A stretch of DNA of 64,000 nucleotides from Vicugna vicugna (taxonomy: Eukaryota). The stretch spans positions 2,271,003 through 2,335,002 of the forward strand of contig MU058065.1 of the NCBI GenBank assembly GCA_013265495.1, given 5' to 3'. A program made the position numbers and the translations under genes. The notes below the pieces were generated by a model that did no database searches, was not told the origin of the DNA, and was given only the letters and a program-made list of their open reading frames with translations. This document shows positions 1 to 14,200 of the stretch, in pieces (the first letter of the stretch is position 1; every line of letters starts with the position of its first letter).

Positions 1-803
1 ACCCCATCACCAGGGCCACTCGAGGAGGCTGCACAGAGCCCAGCTGCTGACCCCAGGAGGACAAGGCCATCAGGTCACCTTGTGACCAGAGGTGAGACTC
101 TGCTAAAGTCACATGCTAGACCTTCAAGGCCTCCCATGGCAAAGAAATGAAAGAAATGGCCCACAACTGAAAAAAGACCAGGAGTAAATAGAAAAGGCAG
201 CATTAAAGAGTCCCTTTGATTTTCGGAAATTGGAATTTGGGGATATTTTGCAGTTGAGGGAACTGTTAATGTGGGCTGGGGAGTAACCCTAAGAGGCTGA
301 GGAGACAGACCAAGGACCCCTCACCCTCCATGACAATGGCAGTGTGGCAGAGCCACACTGCCGGCTGAGCCCTCGGTGTTCCAAGAGCTGTCCAGAGGAC
401 CTGAGATATGTCACCTTTTTCCTTCCTAACAGCAGCCCATCAGGCCAGGACTGCTGTTGGACCCATTGCACAGATGGGAAGACCAGGCACAGTGAAGTTT
501 GGCACTTGTCAAGGTCATGCAGCGAGTGGGCAGGGGACCTGGTCTGAACGTCAGTGGCTTGTCTTGGGGCCTACAGAGGACGAGAGGTCCAAGAAACAGG
601 GCTGTCTCCAAACAAAGAATTATGAAAAGGCACAGTTATGCAAAACCAGATTTTTGATATCTTTTTTTCTTTGGAGTGTTGACATTTCTAGGGTGCTTGC
701 AGTATTGGGAAAAGAATCAAAGTGAATAATAAAAAAGATCCGTCTTAAGGTACATTTGTTTGCTGACTATAATTTTAAAATAAGGTTTCTTATTTTGTAC
801 TTT

Positions 804-2010
804 TTATTTTAAGACAGTTGTGGATTCATATGCAGTTACAAAAAGCAATAGAGAAAGATCCAACGTGTCATCTTCACCTGGTTCCCCCAAAGCTAATGTC
901 TTATACAATGATAGCACATGACCGTAAAGACCACAGCTAACTAGGACGGGGCATTGTCCGTCTGTCCACCTTACCCAGAGTTCAGCAGTTTTACCTGTAC
1001 TTGTGTGTGGGTGTGTGTGGGTGTGGGTGTGGGTGTACTTATTTCTGTGCAGTTTTATCACACTGTAGAGTCGTGTCACCACCACGGTCAAGACAACAAT
1101 TTCACTACCAGGATTCCTCATGTCAGCCTCTTATATTCACACCCACGCACCGCCCTCCCAGCCTCCCTATTTCCCAGTTACCCCGAATATGTTCTCCATC
1201 TCTATAATTTTGCCATTTAAAAAAAGTCTTATGGATGGAATCATACAGTAGGTGCCCTTTTAGAGCTGACCTCTTTTCTCTCGGCGTAATTCCCTTGAGA
1301 CCATCCCAGTCATCACCTGTATCAACAGCTCATCCCTTCTTACTGCTGTGTGTCCCATGGGAGAGATGTGACACAGTTTATTTAACCAGCCCCTCATTGA
1401 ACAATGTCTGGGTTGTTTCCAGTTTGGGGCTTGTTACAAGTAAAGTTGCTACAAACATCGGGGCAGGCTTTTGCGTGAAGACCTGTTTCCATTTCTTTGA
1501 AATGAATGTCCAGGATTGCTAGATCATATGGTTAAATGCATGTAAGAAACTGCCAAACTGTTTTCCGGCATGGTTGTACCATTTTCCATTCCCACCAGCA
1601 ACGTGTGAGTGAGCTAGTTTCTCTGCATCTTCTCCAGCATTTGGTATCATCACTGGTTTTTATTTTAGCCATTCCAATAGGCGTGTAGTGACAGCCGGTT
1701 GTGGTTTTAATTTGCATTTTCCTAGTGGCTAATGATGTTCAACACCTTTTCATGGGCTTACTTGCCTTCTGTATGTGACCTTCAGTGAAATGTCAGTCCG
1801 TGTCTTTGGCCTGTTTTCTGATTGGAAAGTTTTTTACCTTTATGTTGTGAGAGTTTCTTATATATTAGACAGTTGTTGGATATGTTGGTTTGCAAATATT
1901 TTCTCCTGGCCTGTGGCTTGTCTCATCATCTTTGTAGAGTCCTTTGCAGAGCAGATATTTTTTGATTTTGATGAGGTCTGGTTTATCAGTTTTTCCTTTT
2001 CCTTTTAATA
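804..2010 (-). mobile_element. Old L1M-type LINE 3' region (ORF2 end + 3'UTR), antisense
   Basis: Minus-strand translation MQIKTT...HYTPIGMAKIK...KCWRRC...WEWKMVQP.RKTVWQFL matches the L1 ORF2 C-terminus; includes a GT-rich simple repeat at about 1002-1035. Confidence 0.8.
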
Positions 2011-2539
2011 CAAGTGTAAGACAAAACAGGGTTTTGATTCCTGCCTCTTCTAACGTGCAGGGTCGGATCGTGAGGAAGCAGCGGGGCAGGATGGACACTG
2101 GAGTGTGAAGGGTTGTTCTCCCAGCCTCCGTCTAGTTTGGACCCCGGTATGTGTCACGATGAGTTGTTGGTCAAGGTGATGGCCCTGGGGACCTGTCTTA
2201 CAAAGACTATAAGATGATGATGGTGTAAAACAATTTTTTTTTTCAAAATCTCAGTTTCCAGAACCACCCATAGTACCTCCTAACACAAGGCCTTTGTGCA
2301 CATGAGATCCTCAGCCTGCAACGTTCTCCCCTGTCCCCAGTCCCCTCCCTCTTTGGCATATCAAGCTCCTCCCCCCAGTGCCAGCCTTCCTCAGAGCACC
2401 TCCCCGCAGGTGTGCCTCGGCTTCCCTTTGCTGCCCGTTCTACAAGCTGTCCGAGCACTTGCAGAGTAAATGTGTAAAAGCGAATGTAAATGTCCATTCA
2501 GTCTTATGATGATTTCCTTGAAGTCCCTTTCCCTCTCGA

Positions 2540-2768
2540 CCAAGGTTTCTCAGCGTCAACCCTGTTGATATTCTGGGGACAGGTCCTTGTGCAGAGCTGT
2601 CCTGAGCCTCGTAGGATGCTGGGCGGCACCCCTGGCCTCTGCCCTAGATGCCAGTAGCCTCCTCCCCCTGTTGTGACACCCCGTACCCTGTTGTGACAAT
2701 CAAAAATGCCTCCACATGTTGCCAAATCTTCCCTGAGGGGCAGACTGCCCAGGCGGAGAGCCACACTC
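2540..2768. mobile_element. MER20-like hAT DNA transposon relic
   Basis: ggtttctcagc...cccctggcctctgccctagatgccagtagc...gttgtgacaatcaaaaatg pattern, recognised from memory. Confidence 0.65.
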
Positions 2769-4145
2769 TAGACTATCAGCTCTGGGAGAGGAGGTACCGG
2801 GGCCTTTTTCCTTCGAGTTCTCTCCCGGCCCTGTGCCTGGTGCCCTGGTGCTTCATTAATGTTTGTGAAATAGATCAGTGGATGAAAGGTACCTGCTGGC
2901 AAACCGTTCTCTTTACACAACAACCTTGGAAAGATCGCTTGATTTCAACAGCATCAAGTGAGTTTAGTTGTGGAGCTGAGCGCTGGAAATCGAGAGCTCC
3001 CCTCTTCCTAGTTTCCTCGCCCTCCTTCCCTTCTGCCTGAAACAAGGATGCTGGAGCCTTTGCGTTGCTGCCTGATGGAAGCCCACATCCCCCGCTAACA
3101 CTGCCGAGGCAGGGGCCTCCGTAGCTTAGAAGAAGCACCTCCGTCCTTCACGGGGCTGGGCGGCCTCCCGCGATCTCTGAATGCTCCTTCCTTCCGAGAA
3201 CGAGGACATTCCTGCGGGCAGAGCAGGAACCTCCGGCAGGTGGCGTTTTTCGGGTGACCTGGCGCAGGGATACGCTGGAGATGCAGTTCAGCCTTGGTCT
3301 CCGAGCCTCCTTCCCTCTCCAGCTGGCCTCCGCTCCCTTTTCATGAGGGAAGGGAGGAAAGTAGAGGTTTGGGCGCAGTTTTGCTTAGCTAAGCACCATA
3401 GCTGGGTATAATTAGTTCAGAAAGTTCCCAAGAGTAAGTACAGTAGTCAGAAGAATAATTTGGGGTATGTGTGAGCGTTTTAGATTTTTCTCTCTGTACC
3501 TGGCAGTTCTGTTCCCTGAACCTGGCTTTGTTTAGCCAAAATAAATAAGTAAATAAAGGACTGCTGAGGGCGTGGGGGACCGGGCAGTGGGTGGGGAGGG
3601 GCAGGCTGTTGGGAGGTGATGCCTGGCCGTGTCGGCGTCATCGGCTCCTTGCTGCTGCTTTACGGGAAGGATGTCGGGGTGCCCAGAGCAGCCGCAGCAG
3701 AAGAAGGTGGAGGCTTGTCCTCCCCCCGCAGAGGAGCAGCCTGGCCTGGTGTAGACGCCTTCCTTCCCTTGTGCTCCTCCCAGGAGGCTCAGGGTCACGC
3801 AGGCCTCCCGCCTCCAGCTGCAGAACCCCTTCACCAGGCTGTGGAGGAGCCTGATGTGATGAGGTGGGCTGACAGGCCTGAGCTTTAATTACTGGTAACA
3901 CAGACCTTCCCTTCTGGGATTCACAGAAGTGGTGGACCGGATTCCTTCCTCTCCTCTGCAAAGTAGCCTTGGGTCGAAAGTTCTGGTTGGGGTGGGGGTG
4001 CTCTGTGACAGCTGGTGTCAGCGCAGTTGTTGCTTTGACAAGAAATAGCCTGTGACTTCAGCCTGGAGCCTCAATTCTGAGTTAAGGGAAGTCATTGGTG
4101 ACACACTGGGGAAGAGTTGGAGTGTGTGTATTTTTGTACCTTAGA

Positions 4146-4360
4146 CCAGGCTTCCTCATCCTCGGCACGACTGAGGTTTGGGGCTGGATAATTCTTGTGG
4201 TGGGGAGCCATCTTGTGCACTGTAGGGTCTGCCACATCCCTGGTCTCAATCCACTATAAGCCATTGTCATCACCCCACCACCACCACCACCACCAGATAT
4301 GACAACCAAAAACATCTCCAGAGATTGCCCACCCCCCCGCCTCAGTTGGAACCTCTGCAC
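4146..4360. mobile_element. MER20-like relic with internal (CCA)n
   Basis: ggggctggataattcttgtgg...gtgcactgtagg...gacaaccaaaaacatctccaga. Confidence 0.65.
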
Positions 4361-4524
4361 TAGAGTAGCAAGCATCCTGTTCAATTCCTGTCCCCTGGAA
4401 GGCTGTGGTCGCTTGTTTACTCCGAGTGTTTGATGATTTAAGCACAGGACAGAGAGGTAGAAAGAAGTTAGTGTTTCTTCCCTTTTTCCTTGGTTGACCC
4501 TTTAAACTCCATCACAAGTCTCAG

Positions 4525-4750
4525 CATGGTAGATTGGTTAAAAGTGTCAATTTTCAGACATCCCTTCACCTTGGATAATCTGTACTGTCCGGGCAAGTTA
4601 TTTAATTTTTCGGGGCCTCAGTTTTCATCATCTATAAAATGTAAGTACTAATGCCTACTTTGTAACTTGAGGATTCAGCTAGACATTAAAAGTATAAAGC
4701 CCCAGGGACAGTAACTGGCATATAGTAAGCATTCAGTAAATGATGGCTAA
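4525..4750 (+). mobile_element. MIR SINE relic
   Basis: MIR core gggcaagttatttaa...gcctcagttttcatcatctataaaatg. Confidence 0.6.
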
Positions 4751-5504
4751 TATTTTTGAAAACGTGAGTGTATTCTACAAGCAAATTGGAATTTTTTTTA
4801 AGTTAGCAATAGCAGTTGCTGCTGCTGCCTAAAAAAGACAGTTAATTTCCATTGAATTACAGTTTATTTCATAAGCATTATTGAATCCCAGCTATATACT
4901 AGGTACTATGCTAAACCCAGGAAATAAAAAAATTAACTGTAATCCCTGCCATTAAATATCTAATACATAGATTTAGCCACAAAAATGGGTCGAATCATGT
5001 CCATCAAAATAAAGCCACCACTTACTGAAAAAGCTCAACATGAAACGATTTATGGGTTGTAATGGGGTGTAACTTCACTTCACTGTAGATAAAAGGATCC
5101 TACTATATTCTCAACTCTCTCATTTTACAGAAAGCACCAATTTTTATTCAGGTTTTTGTGATCCTGTGATTTAACCACTGTTCTCATGTTCCATTGCATT
5201 CTCTGCTCCCCCTTCCTACACATTTCAGCTGATCTAAGTCCCTGCTGATTTTTTTAAATAAATAAAAAAGGGATGCTTGTTTTGAGTGATGTGTCTGTTA
5301 CAGAAAGTTTGAAAAATATGGAACAATATAAAGACTAATAAACTTAACTCAAGTTCCCACCATCAAAAATAACTATATAGATAATATCTTGATACCTGTC
5401 TGCCTAGTCTTTTTTCTGTGCCTGTGTATAATTTTTATATAGTTAATTACACCATAAGTAGTTTTCTTTTTTCAATTAACAGATATCCAGAATATATTAC
5501 CATA

Positions 5505-6478
5505 GTCAGTTACAATGTGTCAATTTGTGGTGTACAGCGTAATGTCCCAATCATGCATATATATCCATATATTTATTTCCATATTCTTTTTCATTAAAGA
5601 TTATTACAAGATACTGAATATAGCTCCCTGTGCTATACAGAAGTTTGTTTTTTTAATCTATTTTTATATATAGTGGTTAACATTTGCAAATCTCAAGCTC
5701 CCAAATGTATCCCTTCCCACCCCCTTTCCCTGATAACCATACGATTGTTTACTATGTCTGAGTCTTTCTTTTTAGATGAGTTCATTAGTGTCCTCCTTTT
5801 TTTTCTTTCTTTTTTTTTTAAAGATTCCACATATGACTAATATATTTTTCTTTCTCTTTCTGGCTTACATCACTTAAAATGAGGATCTCCAGGTCCATCC
5901 ATGTTTCTGCAAATGGCATTATTTTATTATTTTTTATTGCCGAGTAGTATTCCATTGTATAAATATACCACAACTTCTTTATTGAGTCATCTGTCAATGG
6001 ACATTTAGATTGCTTCTGTGTCTCAACCATATAGTATATAGTGTTGCTGTGAACATTGGGGTGCATGTCTCTTTTTGAATTAAGGTTCCCTCTGGATATA
6101 TGCCCAGGAGTGGGATTGCTGGATCATATGGTAAGTCTATTTTTAGTTTTTTGAGGAATCTCCATACTGTTTTCCATAATGGCTGCACCAAACTACATTC
6201 CCACCAGCAGTGTAAGAGGGTTCCCTTTTCTCCGTACCTTCTTCAGCATTTATTGTTCGTGGACTTTTGAATGATGGCCATTCTGACTGGTGTGGCATGA
6301 TGCCTCATTGTAGTTTTGGTTTGCATCTCTCTGATAATTAGTGATATTGAGCATTTTTCCATGTGCCTATTGGTCATTTGTGTGTCTTCATTGGAGAGTT
6401 GCTTATTTAGGTCTTCTGCTCATTTTTGGATTGGGTTGTTTGGTTTTTTTGTTATTAAGTTGTATGAGCTGCTCACAT
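5505..6478 (-). mobile_element. Lineage-specific L1, 5'-truncated, antisense, with 17-bp flanking direct repeat
   Basis: Minus-strand [33 protein letters not shown] (L1 ORF2 C-terminus); flanks CAGAATATATTA(C/G)CATA at 5488-5504 and 6479-6495. Confidence 0.9.
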
Positions 6479-6589
6479 CAGAATATATTAGCATATCTTT
6501 ATGTTTTCTTCAAAGATAGTTTCTTAGCTTCTGAAAGATAACTGTGTTGGATGGATGTCATGAACTGTCCTTTATTGTTGGACGTCATA

Positions 6590-7040
6590 GGCCATGCTCT
6601 CTCAGATGCAACCCTCAAGTCAAGGATAAAGTGCAGGTGATTCATTGAGGAAGTGTTCCCAGGTGAAACAGTAAGGGGATGGGAGAAGTGGGAATTAGAA
6701 AGGGAGGCAGCCGATCACGGGGGCGATATCAGGTGAAGACCTCCAGTCACCCTAATCCCATGGGAGGCTCTGGAGGTTCCGTTAACGCCTTCAGGTGGTC
6801 TTTGCCACCTCGAGGCAAAGGAGCTGGTCTTCTGTGCTCCAGACCAGTAGTCAGAGGCTGTTGGCCTCCTGGATGGCGGAATGATGTTTGTAAACTCCCG
6901 GCCACTGAGAGCCCACTAAGATGATGGGCTCCGACCCTCACCAGCAAGCCTCTGAAAGCAACAACTACAAACAGCAACAAAGCACACAGAAACTAGAGGA
7001 GAAGTGCACACGGCTGCTAAAAGCTCGCCCACAGTGTCCC
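6590..7040. mobile_element. Ancient ERVL-class solo LTR relic (LTR33/LTR16-like)
   Basis: gtgcaggtgattcattgaggaagtgttcccagg...gggagaagtggg resembles ERVL LTRs; family uncertain. Confidence 0.4.
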
Positions 7041-9819
7041 TCCGTCAGAAATTTGGGTTGCAATGATCACTGCTATTGCAATTATATATCGCAAAGAATA
7101 TTGCAGTGATTTTGCTGCTAGAAATAACTCCACAGTGAACATTTTTAGACCCAGTTCCTTTTTGATTATTACCTTAGGATTGATTTATAGGGGTATTACT
7201 GTTTCAAGAGATACACACATTCTTAAGATTATATATACCAAAAATTGCGTTTCAGGAAGATTTTTCTCAATTTTCACTTCCATCACTTACTGTTCACTTT
7301 TTATTAGCAACAATCTAGAGAGCATCAGTTTCTCACCTTTGAGTAGAAGATCTGTAGACAGCATCAGAGTTATTCTCAGGAGCCAGAAAAGTCCTGTTCC
7401 TGGTCTAGCTTTGCGTATAGACTGAATAAGTAATATCTCAAAATATGATTCTTAAAATGTATCCAGATGCTCTTACATGTAGATAAAAAAGAATGTGCAT
7501 TTTACTCGTGTTTGTTAGTTCATGATAGTGTTTTATCATGTATTTTCACCAGTGCTAAAAAAATATCATTAGTCATGATGCATCTCTAATACGTTTTTAG
7601 GTCTCAAAAAGGTGCTACCTTGTTTTAAAGATTGAGAATCACCGGTCAATAATCACTGTAGTATCTTGGGACACCTCTTGTCTGTCAATTAGGAAATCAC
7701 CCATATAAACTGCGGTGTCTTAAAGATTTGTCAATAAAAAAGTCTATAGGACTTGACACCATGTGTAAAACAGATTTAATGACCCAAGTCAGCAGACTGA
7801 AAAAACGCATCTCAGACCCACGAAAGAGCTATCAGAACCATTCTGGAACATACTTAACTACCTCCACCCCAACCATAATGTGACCTCCCTTTCTCTTACA
7901 GAGGTGTGGGAGTACACCATCCTGGTCTTATTCTGTGTCTCAAATAGTCTAAAGAAGTTATGAAGATACAGACAGGGCTGTATCAAGGCAGAAGTATTGT
8001 GTTTGACATATTTTCTTAACTTGATCCTTGAGCCTTTCTAAATAGCTACTGAAATAAAAGTCACAGACTATTTCAGGTCTTGGGCACTGAGGAAACCAGG
8101 GAAGGGAGCCAGCGTTTACTGAGCACCTACTCTGAGTCAGGCACTGTGCTGGTTCCTGTCTGTCTTTTGTTTGTACATGTAGCATTCCCATGACCACCCC
8201 TGAAATCTGATTTCTGATAGAGTGAAGGAGAAAGCTGAGGTTCATAAAGATTATGGCTTGCTTTGGATCCCTTGCTCTGAATGGTAAAATTGGGATTGGA
8301 ACCTTAGATGAATTTCCCCTGACACTTAGAGGAAAATAGAATAAATGTTCCATAATCTTGTATTTTAAAAGATGGACAATTAACAAAGCCTCAGTTGCCT
8401 TCTTCCTGCTAGCCTTCCCTCTTCACCCCAAAAGATTCCAGAATGACTGATATGTGGGTGAAAAGCCCCAGGTTGTCAGAGTGTACTTAAGATACATGTC
8501 TCTTCGTTGAAGGGGTCTGTTAGACATTGTTACCATACATTTCAGTAGCTGAACATTTCTTTCCTAGGTATTTTTAGGTTCCTTCTGGCTAAATTAATTA
8601 GTATCATGGATCAAGCATACACTCTGAAGTCTGGGAAAAATTTAAGAAAAAAGATCCAAAGAGGTCTCTAAGCCTCTCTAGTAACCTGGAAGAGCTCGTT
8701 TTAGTACCACCAGGCTCCTGGCACCTGGATTGGTTGGCACTTCCTGTTTCTTCTCCTCAGTCTTAAAGATGCTGACTCATTCTGATGACACTGTATACTT
8801 CCCAAGAATATCAAGGTGCCCTTTGTTTTGCATGTTCATCTAATTTTCTATCTTAAGAGGAAGTGGTAGGTATTTGGTAGACATATTTCAGCAGTGTTTA
8901 TAGAAGCTTGAGGGACCAGAGTCCTCCTCTCTTCATTATAGGTCCGGACTTGAGGCTTAACCTCAAGTATTTGAGCATTAACAACTACAGTCATTTTGCA
9001 GATACAGCCTTCATCTCTGTTGGTCGACTCCTGAAGGTCTCCAGGATGCCTCTTGCCAAACACCGTTAACAGTCAGGCCTTTGCCTGTTGGCCAAGTATT
9101 GGTGAGAAACACTTGGCCTGACTGCTGGGCAGCACAGCCCTACTTAGGCCTCTGGGAATTCTCAGTTTGGCAGCCTGACACTTTCCCTTCACACTGATGT
9201 TTTTGGGGGAAACTCCATGAACTCCCAAAGCTGTTGGGAGATGTTGTGACTAATATAATCTGACGTGCTGTTTTTCTCTCCCTGCTGAAGCCTCTCTAGA
9301 AGAATTGGTGAATCCAGAGGTAGATTAATAAAGGGTCTTAGTTTCCAAGAACCAGGATCCTAGCGAGCAGCAGGAGGTCAGCAGTCCCAGTGCTTGAGAA
9401 AAATCTCAGCTTTCGTTGAGGGGAGGGCCCTGGCTGTCCCACCTTGCTTGCCCCCTGAGGTCAAGTAGGGGACTGTCGGTGTCCTGCTGTGGGCCAGGGG
9501 TACACTTCAGGCACTTGCATTGTTAGGATCCCACTCTTAGGATCCAGGACACTCGCTGCCTTCACATGAGGGGAATCCACCTTCTCATGCCCAGCTCACT
9601 CCGCCATCTTTTCATCGTCCAGTGCACATCCCCCGGGCCCTACAGCCAGGGGAGGCAAACCAGTTCTCCTGTGAGCGGTCTGTCTTCCGTAGTTTGAATT
9701 TCAGTGTTTGGATACAGTCCAAAGAGGGATGTAAACGGATTTGGATTTTTCCACACTGCTGTTGCCCATTATCCCCACTGTTAATTTAGGGTTGATTTGG
9801 TGAGGAGACTCAGACTGTG

Positions 9820-11220
9820 GTCTCTAAATACTGTCTCTCACTGAAAGGAACCAGAGTTCCCTAGAGAAGTGTCTGATTCCAACTGGGACAGGAAATATGC
9901 AAAATGGGCCTGGACCATCTTGCCAAACCAGAAACAGGGAAGCTTTTGAGACTGTAGGGTCATATGAAAGGTTCAGGAGCCAACCTGAAGAGGCCCGTTC
10001 TGAGCATCAATAAAAGTAATAGCATTTCAGTAGATCAAAACCCTTAAAATATGTTGAAAAACATGCGTTCATAATTGTACTAAGCAAACAAACAAAACAA
10101 ACCCGCTCTGGTCAACACTAAGAATGCTGGGTAACCAAGTCATTATTTGAGAATGATACAGGGGATGAATCTTGCCTTTGCTATACAAACTGAACCTCAA
10201 GATAGCCAGATAGTTGGTTATGGGAAATTTCTTTTTATAGACATACTCCCACTAATAAATGAAGAAAGAAAGTAGCTCCATTTGGCAAGCCCTAATAATA
10301 CAACATTGTAAATCAAACGAACAAAATAATAACATGCAAGAAAAAAAGAAAAACCCAAAAAACAATGCCCTGAGGCAACGATCATGAGTAACTGCTAACA
10401 TCACAAAAAAGAGACAGACGGCTGCTGTCTCCTGACTGTGGCACCCTGAGCAATACCTCTATGAAATATTTCTGCAAAAAAGAACTTTGAATCTGATCAG
10501 CATCTAGAGCAGAAGTTGGCAAACTTCCCGTGAAGGCCCCGGTAAGTCAGTGTTTTCTGGCTTTGCGGTCCAGCTGGGCAGCTGTCTGTTCAACTTGCCG
10601 CCGGAGCTTGAACACAGCTGAAGACAAAACAAAAAGCGTGGCCAGATCTAGCCCAGGAGTTTGCAGACCCCTGTTCTAGGTCTAACTGCCAGTTTACAGG
10701 CAGCAGGAGGACCGAGGAACTTGTGAAACTGCGTCGCATGAATGCAATCGGCAAACTCCAGCCTGGGAGACCCCGCGGGACAGATAAGCTGATTTCTTCC
10801 ATTAAAAACCCCAAGGAAAAAGTTCAAAATAAAGCAAGTAGGGAAAAGATTTTTAAAAAGACAAGAGACATATCCACCAGTGGCAATCTGTGGAACTTAT
10901 TTAGATCCTGTTTCAAAGAAACCATTAAAAAAAAAAAAACTAATAGACAATCAGGAAAATTTGGACACTGACTAGATATTTAACAGTAAAGAGTAATTAA
11001 TTTTTGAGTGGGATAATGATATTGTGTGCGTGTGTGTATCCCTTAGGTTTAGAGTGTATACTGAAAATATTTTGAATTATGTGTTATCTAGAATTTGCTT
11101 CAAAATAATCTTTGATTTTAGAAGAAATAAAATAAGTCATGAGTTGATAAGTATGTTATCTGGATGTTGGATATTGAGGATTTATTTTTGCATGTATTTG
11201 AAATCTCTTATAAAGATTTT
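9820..11220 (+). mobile_element. Old L1M 3'UTR relic interrupted by a MER58-like element (about 10505-10675)
   Basis: L1MC-like 3'UTR motifs (aaaggaaccagagttccctagagaagt; tctagaatttgcttcaaaataatc); agttggcaaact...gtttgcagacccctg termini for the MER58-like insert. Confidence 0.5.
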
Positions 11221-14200
11221 TAAAATAGATACATTTTACAAAATATAGCATTTAAACCTTTTTTAAGAGAAAGAGAAGGGATGGAGTATTTTCTGTTTGT
11301 TAGACGCTCCTGGGTCATCGTGAAGCAGACATGAATCATCTGGCTAAGAGTTGGAGCCAGAAGAGTCCTGTCAGTGGTTTTCCCCCCAAAACTGTTAATG
11401 TACATCTTTGTTAAACTAAATAGGCCCGACAGATGTCATATTATTTATCACTTGAGCTGACAGCTATCTTCTTATTTATCATTTGCTTAGGTGTTATATG
11501 TAAAATATAATTTATTTTGTAAGAAAAGAATGTGTAAGGTTGAAAAGAAGCTTCCTCGTCGGTGACCAGCAGTACCAGTTAGTCTCCCACTGTTTCAGCC
11601 GTGAGCATCCGTTCAGTGCAGGCGTCCGGCCACCAGGGCCGTCACAGCCCAGAGAGCTCACGTAAGCGATGGCAGCCGGCTTGGCTGGGCCTGGGGCCGC
11701 GGGAGCGGAGGGAGCTGTGGGCACAGGGAGGCAGGCGCCCGGCCCCTGGGGTGGTGGCTGTGCAGGGTGTTTGCCATGGGAATAAGAGAATCATTCATTT
11801 TCATTTGACCCTGAGAATAACTCTAAATTGTCTGTGACATCGTTTAACTTGTAGTTGTTTAAAATCTTTTCAGAACGCCTTGTCTTCCAAACCAAACAGC
11901 CATGCAGCTGGATTAGTTCCATGCATCAGCCTCTGGTTTGGTGTCTACCCAATGGCTAGGCCCTACACGAGGGCCTGTGGCACTAGGTTCCAAAGTGCCA
12001 ACGTGGCCCTGCGTTCTGTGGGCTTCCAGTCTAGTTGAGAAGGGGAGAAAACTTGAGAAACAAAATAAGAGGTGCAGAGAGGAAAGGCTGTGGGAATTCA
12101 GAGAAGAGGGTGGCCAGCCCCATCTGGGACAATTAGGGGGAGCTTCCCGCAGGCCACAGAAGGCATTGGGGGGAGCACGGGTGATCTAGGTGGAGGGCAG
12201 GGAAGAGAAAGAAGCAAATTCACGGGCAAGAACAAGGCCACGGGCAAGACCAAGGCCTAAGAAGAAGCCAGCCCTGTGTGAGGAGAGTGGGTAGGTTCCA
12301 GGCTCGTGGTCCTCCACAGCTCATCAGTGAAGGAGTTTTCAGGCCAGGATGGTGTTCTGGGCGATCAGATGAAAGCAGGCAGCAGTCCGGGAGTGATGGA
12401 AGTGAAAGGTGACTTGATTGTGGCGATGGTTTCATACATGTACACACCTATCAAAATTCATCCAATTTGTACATCTGAAATATGTGTAGTTTACTGTACG
12501 GAAATTATACCACAGTAAAGTTGTTTTAAAAAAAATAGGCAGCAGACAGTGGGAAGTACAGCACTGAAATGCAGCGGAGGATTTGAGCTGCAGGTTTGAG
12601 CAGCATCTGTCTAGAGGTGATGGCTGAGGTCACGGGGTCTGCAGAGAGTGTTTCTCTAGCATCTGCCTGTGGCAGGTGGTACATTTATAATGCGGGGATG
12701 CTCTCCGAGTCTGGCCTTTGCATAACTACCAGTCCATTATTAGCTACACTAAATCTCGCCTGAAGCTCAAAGCAGCGCCCAGATACTTCAAAACATTCCC
12801 CGCACTGGGAAGGAAAGGTTTAGCCTAAGAGAAGCTGTACGTCCGTGGGGGAAAAAACCCACATTTGGAAGAGAGTACCTGTGGTAATGGCTTTATTTAT
12901 AGGTTTATGGTCACCCTCCAATGATGGCCTAAAGTAGAGACTTATTTTTTTTACTGTTATGAAAAGATCATTCAAGAAGTGGAAACATTTAAACAGGTTT
13001 GTGATCATTCATATTGATGCTGTGCAGTACATTTGAGCAATATCTTTATTTCTTCTTTCTCAATTGAAAGTTTAAAGTGTAATTTCTCTAAAAAATAAAA
13101 ATAAACGGAAGATGACTATGGTGTTTCCGTAATGAAGCTCTCCTTGTTCTAGAGAGTGAGACTTTCAAAGCCTGTTAACGCCAACTGTTATTTCATGTAA
13201 AAGACTATCTATTTGGATATGAATATGTATTAACAGTAGGAATATTATCAGCCCAAAGTATGTATAGATCAACACCCACTCTCCTGGCTACTGAACTTTG
13301 GAGAGAAGTGAAAACTTAGACACGAACATAAGCCAGGTGAGTTTAGATGAGTGAGCATGTAGCCTAGGAAACTGAGGCCAAGAAGAAGTTACGCCCAGAA
13401 CATCAATCAAAAAATAGCTCTGATTCCAAGTTCTGCACAGCCCTGACCCTGTCCCAGTGCACTGTTATGAAACGACACACAGACATCTCTCAAAAACGTC
13501 CCAAATCCAAGGAACCAAGAAAAACACCCATGGCAGCCTTCCCCCGCTTCATAATGAAACTGTTCTTTTAGCAAAAATTCACAACCAAGCAAAGTTCTGC
13601 TAAATAAAATGGCTATTTATTTGAGAGACTGTCTTTGCTGACTCCAAAACCTTGGAGCTGTTAACTTTCTCTCATTACCGATCCTTTCTACCTGTTTGAT
13701 GATCTTCTACATAAATCTGTGGTGTTTGGGTGAATCAACTTTAAGCTATTAGAGAGGCAAAACAAATTTGATGTCCTTTATGAGTATGCAGATTCAAATA
13801 TTTATTCAAAAATTTGCTCATCCAGGAGGATTTCTTTGGGGAGTGTAGATTTTGGATGCTGAAGGCAGATGCCAGACTAGAGCTTAATGCAAGAGTCAAT
13901 GGTTCAGATTGATGGAGTTGGCGCCAGTCACCGGATTTGTCCATTTGTAACGAAGATGGAACAAATTGTTTTATACTTAGGATGGCTTTGTAGTAAATTA
14001 AACTTTAAAGAGGAAATTTATTTCCGGAAAGAAAAAAGGGAGAAAGGCCAGGAGAGTGGACCCGAAGTCTAATTTTTAGATGAAATGAGTAAAGCTTCCC
14101 TAGTCAGGATCTGGAAGCTCTCCAGTGTCCAACAGGCTGAAAGTAACTTAGGGGGATGGTCACGGTATGAGAGCCAGTCCAAGGTGCCAAAGTCAAAATA

